A stretch of DNA of 64,000 nucleotides from Adineta vaga (taxonomy: Eukaryota; Animalia; Rotifera), in contig CP075493.1 in NCBI GenBank assembly GCA_021613535.1, positions 1,426,001 to 1,490,000 on the forward strand, read 5' to 3'. This document shows positions 1 to 12,500 of this stretch, one piece after another. The translations under genes were made by a program, and so were the position numbers. The first letter of the stretch is position 1. Each line of letters begins with the position of its first letter. The notes below the pieces were generated by a model. It was given only the letters and a program-made list of their open reading frames with translations. It did not search any database and was not told the DNA's origin.

Positions 1-1263
1 CAATTAATTGTTCAATGGTACGTCGTTTAAAATTTCGAATATGAAATGCAATCTAATGAAAAGATGACCAGAAAAATAATCACAATTCTGTTTCTAAAAT
101 TATTTACACGTAAAATTTGATCAATTGGTATAGAAATTTGTTGACAAAAATTAGTCATTGTCAAATGATTCTCATTCGATTGACGTTTGATTCCTTTTGA
201 TCGACAAATGCATAGAAAATGAAAGAAATGAATCTTCTCTTTTTTTTCTACATACTTTTTGTATATAAATGAACAAGTGTTAAACTAACACGAAATAATA
301 ATTTTGGTCCTTCCATAAGAAAACAATCGATTATCTTTACCTAAAATCAGTAGAATATGTCGATATAATTGAAATGAAATAGCTTGGAATTATATACAAT
401 ATAGAAAAATGGTAAATAACGAAATATCCACCAAAACCATTCTTGATAAAAATCTTTTGAATATCGCGAATCAATAATATCAGCAGCAGATTTCTAGAGT
501 AGAGACGAAGAAAAAAATTGATATAAATATTTAATAAAATTCAACATACATAATGTAGTCTTAATAACTTTTGAAATACATTACAATAAGCTTCCCATTG
601 TAAATGTGTTTCTCCACAGAGCCAATTCTTTACTAATAAACGATTAATTAAATATAAAACTTCATATTCATTATGATAATGTAATAGTAATGCAGAAAAT
701 GGTTGTAATGTTGGACAATAGGTGACATCAGGATGTTGTAAAGCAAATGTTGAAATAATTCGATGTAATATTGAACGACCTCTTGTTTCATTTAAATGAT
801 AAAAACATAAATTGGTTGTATCAACAAATTTTGGCCATTGTGTATTAATAAAAGAAACTGAATTGAGATTATTTTCAACAATCATTGTTGATGTTGTTAA
901 ACCTGTTTGCGATACATGACGACGTTGTTTTGATCTACTAACACGATTTATTGTTGATATATTCATCCATAATTGTCGACGTATACGATGATCAATAGGC
1001 CATAAAACTGAACGTATGAGATATTTTAAACGATAGAAATCATCATTTGGTACGGAATGTGATGTGACACTCAATGATGAATCAGTTGAATGGAATATAT
1101 GACTATTGGTATCATTCCAAGAAAGAAGATCAATAAGATCTTGATGATGATGATGTTTTTGAAGATTTTGTTGTTGTTGCGAAGTTAATGGTTTTCGAAT
1201 TTCGATTAAGAGATTATCAACAATAACATCATGATAGAATGGATGATTTATATCATTTGCCAT
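1..1263 (-). CDS. TBC1D24: TBC1D24/skywalker-like Rab-GAP TBC domain protein, multi-exon, 3' part runs off the window
   Basis: ORF 541-1263 has TBC motifs (WPIDHRIRRQLW, PDVTYCPTLQPFSALLLHY). GT donor at 549, next exon from 493 (…EWFWWIFRYLPF), then VKIIDCFLMEGPKLLFRVSL, matching the TBC1D24 'VFDVFLVEGYKVLYRVAL' region. Confidence 0.85.
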
Positions 1264-4200
1264 ATCTACATTTAATTGAATTCAGTTATGTTTCAGTAAA
1301 ATGAAAATAAAAGAGTAGACAGACAAACTTGAAGAACTAAAACAAGTAAAGAATATGTTATTCCTTCTTTTTTTTCTTCGTTTCTTCTTCTTCTTCTTCT
1401 CCTTCAACAGTCTCGTTCATTCGTCTCTTTCTATACTATTAGATAAGTGTGACAAAAACTCCCGTTTTCTAGATTTTTTTCTATAGCGAGTCAAGTAGCT
1501 GAATAAACAAAAATGATCGATCGACATAAGAGAGAAAGAAAAACAAATTTTTGACGACTTCTATTCTCTCTAAGAGTATTGTTGTTAATTTATACTCCTC
1601 TACTTTCTTGTTTTATTCTTTCTTTTCCATCAAACTCTCCGATTGCGCACGAGATCGAATGAATCAATCTGTTCATGCAAACTAATTTTCGCATCACTTA
1701 GTAATCGTTCTATGTCGATGTCTAATTGTATATGGCACTCAACATCTCAAGGACAATAGTGATATGAGATTATTTCTTATGTAAAATTAGAACGAAAGAG
1801 AAAAAGAAATCGTCATCATCGACAACATAACAGAAAAAGAACGAGAAGATGAGAAAAATCTTAATCTACGAGCAAAACAAGAAATTAATTAGTACTTATC
1901 TTACTTTTAATCTCCTTTCGGATCTTAAATCATATATGAGCTGTTCATTTCAATTATATGAGAAGAAAATCATGTCTATAAGGCAACTGAATTAGTTGAC
2001 TTAGAACGGAATCATTTTTCTCAAATTAATTTACACTGACATTTGAAACAACGTGAAATAATTTAATTGAGAATTCCATAAAGAAATCCATACGATATTA
2101 AATAAATATTGTTCGACAAGAAGGTAGAAGAAATAGAAATATCTATATTCTATCCTCGATAGTGATTCTAGTACTCGCAATTAAATGAATATTGACGCTG
2201 AATAACAAACTCTAAATGATGATTATACAACAGCAATAACTAGAATAGTTATTTATTCAATGCATGTTTTGATTTCATATATTAGTTATTGATCTTTTTT
2301 AGTCCTTAGAGACTATGTTCTACGAGAAATAATTCTGAAAGAAGAAAAAAAATTATTCTTGTCAATGCGCGAAATATAACTGACGAATAAGTGTTCTCTA
2401 GTAGAACAAAAACCTGATCTTGAAAAGAGAATGATCAAACTACTCGAATAGAAGTATTTCACGAGTATGACAAACATTAGAAAGATAGATTTCTACGTGT
2501 TCAAGGATGAATATATTTCTTTTACTCCGTCGCATTCTATGCACTTTAAAAATTGATTCGAGTCATATTTTATCGTCGGTAAACATAAATTTGAGCTGAA
2601 AAAGGTTTTACATTATCGGAAAGAAAACGTTCATTTAATTTTTTATTCATCAATCAAATTATCTTATGTATTGCACGCACGAAAGATTTATAAAATCTTC
2701 ATTCCGTCGATATTACTGGTAATTAACATTACCACTTATAATTATATTCATTTTCATTGCTGCCATAAATTTGAATGATTAGTTCAGCCGTGAGCAAAAC
2801 TGCTTATTTCCTGACAAAATGTCATTTAGTTATTCGATAAAAAAAGAAGTTGCCGTTTTAACAAAGAATATTACAGTGTTGTTTCATAGGCTAAAAACTT
2901 TCAAAAAAAAAAACGTTTCGTTTTGAACAAATAAGCAGTAATAATAAATTATTCATTGAAGTGAAATTTTTTATGATCTATGAAAGAAAATAATCTATAA
3001 ATAGCATTGATAGAAAGGGGAAAAAATAAGTTATGTTCTATTCTTGTTGTTCTATGAACTAGTTGATCACAAAGAAGAAGAATGGTATAAATTCTCTTAT
3101 TATATATGGTAATAGTAAAATTACAATGAAAATAATTTTCAGGCGGATAGTGAAAAAAATAGTTCATTCTATTTTTATATACAAAACAAAAATCGGTGAT
3201 ATAGAGAATATAAATTATTAATTTCGATTAAAATACTTTTCAGTCGACATATAATTAATCGACTTATCTCATAATGTCATGTTAAATATGAAACGAAGCA
3301 AATAAATTGAAATAAAACACGTTTATTCGAACATTAGAACAGAAAGAATCGATTGCATATGCGTTCTTCAAAAATAGCAACATGAATAGAGCTAATGTGT
3401 TAGAAATTAATAATAGAAGAACTAGTCGTGTTTGACGTATCTAGTTCTCTAAGCGGTATCTAATTTTATTTGTAATATATACGTATAATATAAATAATGT
3501 TCATAGACGAGACTTGCTTAATCATCGATCGAGTTTGATTTCAATGTGAGTTCTTTGCTGAAGTGTACTCGAATTAAACTTATTATCAAGAATGAACAGC
3601 AGTGGTATATATTTTAAATTAACTTTTTAATTGTCGTCTAGCAAATATCAATAGTTTGTATTGTTTTAAATGTGTAACTATAAGAGAAGAGATTAAAATT
3701 TCTTGTTGATGTGTTATGATTGAAAAAATGGTGAAGACTACCGTGTTAGTTAAAAAAAAAGATTTTCTTTCCTTGATTTGATCTTTTTGATAATGTTTTT
3801 TTTGGATAATGAGAAAATACAAAATTTGTTTGATTACAAAACGTCCTTTATTCGAAATATCAATATACGTATAAAGTATTCATGATTATCATATGAGTTC
3901 ATCTTCACTGAAATCACCCATTTCTTTTCATCGACAATAGTCAAAAGGTGCTAAACTTCATTTAAGAGAACTTTTTAAATCCCCATAGATTTTTACTTTG
4001 TTCTAGAATGTATTTATTAGTATTTCGATTATTATAATCATCATTAGAAGAAGTCATTTCTTTTGTTGTCATCCATTCTAGTAAAGAAACAGCAACTTTC
4101 ACGTACGTTGACATGAATCATTTTTCCATATGGTCATATCAGTCAATTTCCCGTATGTCAAAGAAATAAAAGAAAGACAAATGACATAACAATGTACAAT

Positions 4201-5509
4201 CATTATCTGAAAAGAACAATATCTAACATCTAATATTGAGATTAATCTTTTTCAGAAGTCAATGAACTTTATTAACATGATTATTAGATTTCTAGATGTC
4301 TGAACAAGAAAATGAAAGAAAACAAATGTCAGTAATCAACGTTTGCTTTAATGCGAGACGTCGCGCATTTTGTCTGCTATCTAGCAATAATAATGATGAT
4401 GAAGATCCGTAAGTCAAATAGATGTATAATAGAAAAAATTCATGATATAAGAGAAAGATACGAAGAATATTTTGCATATCCCTCAATGATTACAGGTGTA
4501 AACAACATGATATTAATTTGAATACAGTACGGAATCTTTTTTCGCCTGTTTTATTAAGTGCTTCTAAAACGAACTTTCTCATTTTCCTACAACGGTATGG
4601 TAGCATTTAAAAACAATTAATCAAACGAGTACAGTTGAAAAAATTCACTCCAGTGTATAATTTTTTCATACGGTTCAAAGTCTATGTATAATATTACCGT
4701 AGACAAACAATCATCATCATCAACAGCAAATGTTAGTATTGACTATTGATAATTCTAGAGAAGACTTCACAATTGAAGATACAACTAATTTAATACTCAC
4801 AGAAATCTATATCGAAATATATTCCACGAATTATAAATTCATAGAACTAGTATATTTTTACTATAGAAAAAAGTATTATAATATTTCGGAAATTCTTTTT
4901 AAAAAGTAAAATTAACAACAAAATACAGTCAATATTCAAGATGAAGCTTTAAATGTCTTTATTTTAATAAATCTATTCTCATTCGTTTTGGTATTTAAAC
5001 ATTCAAAATGCTCGTCTTTAGATTGATAAAGTAGAATTGCACACAGAATCAGAACACAAATTCATTCATGCTTAAAAATGTAAATTGATGTAGCCAATTG
5101 AATGATGAAGATGCCGAAAGTTTCAGAATAAAGACTCACCTTCCCAAAGCGTAATGATAATTTTTCTTTTCTTATTGACGAGAAAGTTCATCTATTGTTC
5201 AAAGAGGTACAGGATGCATTTGACATTTTCCACCAGATAGTGTGTGTCGAGAAATGAATGTTAAAGATCGTATTGACACCCATGTTTTCGATTGCGGTAA
5301 AAAAATCATAGTTGCGCTGTAGTTGCGACGCAATGATCACATAGTTCTGCATTCATATTTCGACATTATTCTAGTCATAATTACATTAATAATTCATAAT
5401 GAAACTGTTCAAATAAAGAACAACTTTAGTTTATTTCCTAATATTTATTGAACAATTAGAAATACAGACATATTCTAGAATAAAAACATCTTTAGTCACG
5501 GGCATCATA

Positions 5510-5845
5510 TACAAATGTAGATGAGTGTCAGTGAGGAGGCAATTTTTCAGCTATAACCACGCTCATCCACTCTTACCTATGACTCATCGGCGACGCCCAT
5601 CTATCACCCATATCCTCAACCACGCATCATTAATTACGTGAAAAGCGGTATCTCAAACCTTATTGGTGAGAAAAAACGATATCCCAGATCTGATTGTTCG
5701 AACAAAGTGACTCATCATCTAGATAACTTAAGTATATTTTGAGTCTCACTTACCTTTCGAAGTTGGGTGAAGATGTGAGTGTGCGCGTGGACTGAACACT
5801 AGCTACTTATCTCAACGCTCACTCTCATCTACACCGACGCTGTCA
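5510..5845. repeat. Patch of degenerate TGWGGG-like hexamers in both orientations
   Basis: Period-6 tracts: TGTAGA TGAGTG (5516), TGAAGA TGTGAG TGTGCG CGTGGA (~5768), minus-strand TGTAGA TGAGAG TGAGCG (~5833-5816) and CGTGGT TGAGGA TATGGG TGATAG (~5624-5601). A 17-mer TTGGGTGRAGATGTGAG recurs at ~50865. Confidence 0.5.
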
Positions 5846-6038
5846 TAAGTTAGAAGTTGAATACTCGAATCGAATTAACGATTTCTACGCTGCTCCAACA
5901 TGTGTCAAAAGGTTAAGCTTGAGGATTGTGCTGAGAACGTTTCTAATTTTCATGTGAGTAGAATCTTCCACTTTTAATTATTTATGAGTTTTATAGCAAC
6001 ATTTATGTTCATAACATATGATTTAAATTTCTTTTTAG

Positions 6039-6155
6039 GAAAATCCTGGTGCATCAGCATGGGAAGGTATCAACGACCCAAGCACATTATTAAAACTGTT
6101 GCTTGACAAAGTTGAAAACTTGACCCAACGGGTCGAAAAATTGGATAAAAACTGA
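6039..6155 (+). other. Orphan terminal-exon-like fragment (ENPGASAWEGINDPSTLLKLLLDKVENLTQRVEKLDKN*)
   Basis: TTTTAG acceptor, open frame with coiled-coil-like end, AATAAA at ~6260. No convincing upstream exons found. Confidence 0.3.
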
Positions 6156-6567
6156 CTAAATGTTTTCATCAAGATGATGTTATTTTCTTAAGAAAGAAGC
6201 GATTCTTCTTTCTTCTTTTTTTGTGTTTCATCCTGATGATAATTAATTATTTTTATAATAATAAATAAAATAATTTAAAAAAAGTATGCATTTTATGCTT
6301 TATTTCATCTTCAGAATACATAAACATCTTGTGCGAAGACTAAATGTGCAGCATAATAATCACAAATACATAAAGTAAATTGACAAAAACATTGAGTGTC
6401 TTTCAGTGTTGTTGAGCAATATACAAAGGAAAAGAAAAAATCATCAAGATAAACTCAAAATACATATCACAAAACAAGAGAAGAAAAATAAACAAACTAA
6501 ACAATGAAAATATGATTAAATAACACATATCGATCTCCATTCTTTTTTTTCTTCATAATCTTCGATT

Positions 6568-9500
6568 TTATTCTGACTTAGGTTTCGTAAATTGTATTAA
6601 TGTTTCTGGTGAACGATACAGGAATAGAAGTTTAGCAAATAACTGTTCTTCAATAAGTAAGATATTATGTTCACGAACTAAATAAATATCACGTAAGAGA
6701 TGCCATAAACGTTCGACACTTGGTAATTCGTTGAATATGATTGTACGACCTGTTTGTAGAATTGTGCGTAGTAATCGTGCGACAACAATAACGAATGTTG
6801 TATACAAACCAATAATTCTATATATAAGAAAAGAAAAGGCGATGCTTGTATTTTCAAATTATTACTTACCCATATCGTGTAAGAAATGAAATATTAGCTG
6901 GGGAAACTTTGTCATTGAAAAAGATCATATTCAAATACTCGTGCTTGTTTCGAGCACCTGCAAACAAAATAAATGCGACATGAACCATCATCTATCAAGT
7001 TTAGTGTTCGTCTCTACTTACATGATGCATTGAAACTATATGAATTTTCACTTTCAGACATTTCCCACCAAACATCTGTACTATTTGGGATTGTTGTTGT
7101 ACGATTCAAACCCATCGTAATATTGGCATAATAATCACGTGGAAAGACTAAAAAACAAACAGGAAAATCAATCAAGAAAAAGAACCAACCTTTCTTACTG
7201 TTTTTAAACGCATCGATTTCTTCTGGTTTTGCCTTTGGTTTTACATGTAAGAATCGTGGCATTAAATCTCGTATTGAAAAATTCCTAGAAAACAAATATT
7301 GATCAAACCATTCTTTCTTTGGAAAATTTTCTTTCAACATACGTTGATACTTGTGAGTCAACAGTTCCGTTTAATATGTTAATTAAGGCATCTCGTATCG
7401 TTCGATTTTGTGCTGTTATATCGACCGTATGGTCTCCTGTGACTACAGCTGCTATATCACCTGAATTATCTTGATTTGGTGGGTTACGTGTAATTGTATA
7501 TGAAAATCGTACAGGTACTGTAACATCAGAACGTAAATTATTAACAACAGTATCACGTATTGGTTGACTAATTTTCCATAGATCTACGCTTGTTGCAAAT
7601 AAATTTACGCATCGAATATCATCTGGATTAAAATCACGTAAAAATGCATTCGCACTATCCTGAAAAAGAATGCATAGAAATATTCCCTAATAATCAATGA
7701 ATGCTTAGTTAATGATCGTTACTTTGAGAGTCGGTGATATGTTTAATGAATCGATCTCTTCACGTAATCTTCTTGAATCTTCAGCTTTGAATTCTCTTAA
7801 ATCAATATCTTGTGCCGTCATTTGATAGATTGGCTATAAAATGAATTATCTGTACAAGAAAATTAAAGCACGACATATTTCTTACCAGATAACCACCTAA
7901 TTTAATTTCTACATTAACTTCTGTAGGTGGATTTGGTTGATAAAATGATGAAGAAAATGAGAAGAATAATAAGGGAAACCAAATCAATAGAATTAATAGA
8001 ACTAATAGAGAACCACCAACACCATATTTAGTCATTTTCGGTCGAGTAACACCACGTTCAGTTGGATATTTCTAAATGAAAATTTTAGTTATAGTTCCTT
8101 TCAAAACTTTCTCATCTTTACTTGTTCGGCCCATCGTGCACATTTTAAGAGATATACATTCGAATAAATATCTTCTAATTGTAACCAACTTGACAATCCA
8201 AGTGCTGTATCCGTAAATATCCAATCCATAATTGTTCGTAATTCCAATAGAAATGGAATTAATAAATATCTAAAATTATTTCATTCAACTCGACATCAAA
8301 TCAAATCAAATCAAATCTTACCCTCGATATAATACTTGATTAATATAATTAAAGCGTTTCATTAGAAAATTGCCTGCAATACGTTGTGGATAACCTAATC
8401 GTACTTGAATTGATGAGTAACCAAAATAGATGCATTTGAACAAATACCAAAATTGAGCAGCACGATTCGCACGAAATTTTCTTTAAAAGAAAGTAAAAAA
8501 AACGTCATTCACCTTATATATCTTGAATTTCTTGTTCGACATACGTATGTGTAATACCCGGCAAGATAAAAAATAACCAAATATGAACTCCAATCACTTG
8601 AAATAATTGGAAAAATAATTTTCCACGAACATTTCGACGTAAATAAAGTGCTCGATCAATTACAATTAATAAAAATTGAATTAATAACATCACAAGAAAA
8701 GCGACTGGAACCTATTCAAAAGAAATAATTCATTCTAAAATCTATTATTTTCACGACAAATTTTACTTTATTTTCTTTAATTGTTTGTACAACATTACCA
8801 CCCGCCCGTTCCTAAATGTACAAAACATCAAGTTTATTTTCATTGTTTTCTTTTTAGAAAAACAAATTGCATAAGGGAGTGCTATGATAAATATGATCTA
8901 TCGAGTGACATAAAGGGGCGATATTGAATATATCTAATTTTATAGGATACAAGCATCATATTGCATGTGTGAAATTACCCTTTGACTTTCTGTTAGCTGG
9001 AAGAGAATAGTTTTGAAGAAAAAGAAAATCATATCAAGAAAACTTACACCAAATTGACTGTAGAAGCCAATAACAATGATCATATTGATGAAATCACAAA
9101 AGAACATCGATGCATAAACATCGCGAACAAATAATGCTGGTCGAAGTTTTCGATAGAAATTTATGATTAATTGGACAAAATTTGCACTATTCAAAATCAG
9201 GAACATATTTTCAATATCATTCTTAATCCGTTTTATTTACCTTCGAATTTTGGATGGTTGTAATCGTTCGGTATCTTGTTGTTCTTCAGAGAGAACATCA
9301 CCATCAACGGCAACTATTCATAGAAAAAGATTCATTCGATTTTCCGTTACATATTATTGTTGTTTTGCAACTTACCATCAAGTCTGCTTTGTTCTGCTTT
9401 CCAAAGTCCGAGTTGCTAAAACGAATTCAATAAAAACCTAGAAAGAATCTAATTAATTTCATACTTTCAAAATTGATCGATGGAGAAATAGAGATAGAAG

Positions 9501-12500
9501 TAGAAAAAGATCAGCAACTGATGCTGCATTTTCTTTTCGATTGATTCCAATTATATTGACTGGCGATAAAGGATTTAAATTATCCAATGTTTCCGATGTA
9601 TTCCATGGATAGAATCGAAATTGAAAGATATATTTAATGACAATCATTGCTTCTGTATATGTAATCACTGTAATCCAATAGTTTCTCGATGGTCGTGATG
9701 ATAACATTGCCCAAAGAAAGATTGATAATGGTAATGGCATTGAAAGAAGAGCACCTGATGTTAAATGATTGATAATCATTGCGGAATAACAAAGAAGTTC
9801 CGAACGAGACATCGTAAAATAGAATAGAGAATCAAAAAAACGATAAAGACGTGAACGTTGACGTAGATCAACTGGATGCGAAAGTGTTCGAGTACGATGT
9901 GGTCTAGAAAAGAATTTATTCGTATAAGAATATCTATTACATCTATCGAAGAAGATATTTACTCATGAAATTGTTCATTTTGACCAACCCGATCTAGATC
10001 GACGACTGATGCCTAAAATTTCGATAATTTTAACATGTTGAAAATGATAAAATAGGAAATTTTTACTGTAGCTGCAAGTGATTGAGCACGAATTCGTTCT
10101 TCTTGTTGATTGATTTTATCAGCTGATTTCATTTGAGATAATGTTTTTGAAACTTCACGATAATCACGAGAACTTCGATTAAATAAATCAATGAAATAAT
10201 CAATAACAATACGACCAATCAAATGCATTTTATTCCAAACTGATTTTCCAGTTTTTTTAACTTCACCTAAACAATAATCATCAATATAAACAATTATAAT
10301 TGATATATATATATAATCATACCTTTTGGTTCAACGCTAGGTCCATGTTCAGAAGTAGTTGTTAAGGGTACTACTGTAATAGTTTCTATGTCAGGAGATG
10401 TTTCAGGTGGAGAAACCGGTGTAACAGGAAATTCTTGACTATCCGATTCGGGTAAAGTTGATGCTGGTGGTTCTAAAAAAATGTCATTCTTAAAATTGAC
10501 GATTTCTGTTCTGGATAATAAGACACTTACTATCAGCAGCAACGGCAGCAGCTGCAACTTTATCACTTGCTGTTAAAATTTGAAGAATCTATATAAAAAT
10601 AAATCAATATTAAATTCTATCTAGGGTTTTGTTTTTTTATTGATTTACTTGTTCTTGTGCAACTGTTGCTTCATCTTGTTTTCCTTCATCTTCTTCTTCA
10701 TCCGATTGATAATCAAACATATAATAATCTCCAGATCGAATAGCTAGAATAGAATGAAATATTTCTCAAAACTAAACAATTCATAATTGATTTTCAATTA
10801 ACCTTCAAAATGTTCTGCTGTATCTGAAAGTGCTGCTGCCGATCGATTTCCTGATTGATGTTGTTTGATTTGTTGCTCTTTGATACGATTTAAACTTCGT
10901 CGAATTTTTGCCACTGTTTGTTCTTCTCGTTCACAATCTTCTTCAATACGTTTTCGTGCAATATCATTAAATAGCACAGCACCTTGACTTGCTAATTTTG
11001 CTTGTGAACGAAGTTCGGCAACGATATGTTCCCAATAGTAACTACCAAAGATTCGTTTTTGTAATAATAAAAATATTAAACAAAAACCATCCCTAATTAT
11101 CAAAATAACAAAAAGAATAGAAAACTAATTTTCGTTAATCGAAATCTTACATAAATAGATTTGCGTCCGTTGCACTTCGATCACATTGATTATTCATAGC
11201 TAAATGAAGATGAATAGAAACAAATGAATTGCGGATTGAATGAAAAAAAAACAATGAAAGATGAAATCTATACCATCATAAGATGCAGGACAATTTCTTG
11301 GAGGAATAAGATCTGATTTTAAGCATGGTACAAGCAAATCAACAAATGTACAAAATGGTGATGTACGCTTAACCCCTTCACAAGGCATTGATGGATATAG
11401 AAAGATGCAAACCGCCACCTAGATTGAATTACAATTAGTTAATCATCAATTTCATCATAAGAAGAAGATTCAAATATGCAAAAGATAAAAAAGCGAGTCA
11501 AAACATTTTTTACTTTGACTGTCTATCCGTATACAAATGACAGCAAAGATTTCCTGAATAATGCATCGCGTTGATGAAAGATCAATACAAGCAATTATCT
11601 GAAAATAAGTTCCCTAATGGACAAGAAGAAAAGCATTCCCTCGTTTGTTTACTTACCTGTAAACATGTTTTAACAAATATGACCGAAAAACAATAATAAA
11701 TCAAATAACCCCATCTACAAAATAAAACGTAATGAACATAGATTTAAGAATCACAATGACTTACAATCGAAGCATAACTGTCACTCGTTTCGTTAGAAAA
11801 TCTTGTCCATACCAAAAGAAATAGAAACATGCAATAAGATAACCAAGACCAAGTAAACTAATTCGAGTTGTTCCTGCAAGGTAAACAATCGATAGAACAC
11901 ACCATGCACCATACATAAATATTGCATATTTAAAATTATCAAGCCAATGTCGTTTATTAATAACAAAATCCCATGTTGGATTATCTTCATAGACATCCTG
12001 ATCAAAAATGATTTCACGATTTGAACCGCCTGCATCCGTATAAATTCGATCTTTTTCATTTGCTTCATATTTAAAAACACGCCACTGTTGACAAGCAAAT
12101 AATAATTGAAAGAAATCAGCTAAATAAATTATAACACATCTCATAAAATGATCAAAGAATTCTTTAGAAAGTTTTACCAATTAATTGTTTTGCTGGATTA
12201 CTCGTTGGTGTTACATTTGTATAATCGGGTAAGAATAACCAACGTCTTAATTGTGGCCATCCATCAATATCAACAATAGTCCATGGATATTCTATTGAGT
12301 AGATAACATATGTTATTGTTTTCAATTCAATCTTCATAGAAAAACAAAGGAAAACTATTGGATTACTTACGAAAACAAAGAAAGGGTGGTGCTCCAACAA
12401 CACTCATATATTGCAATGGGAAAGCAATAATTAAAAATAGAATATAGCATAACCAAAATCGTTGAATCGATCGTCGACTTGATACTAGAAATATTCCGAG

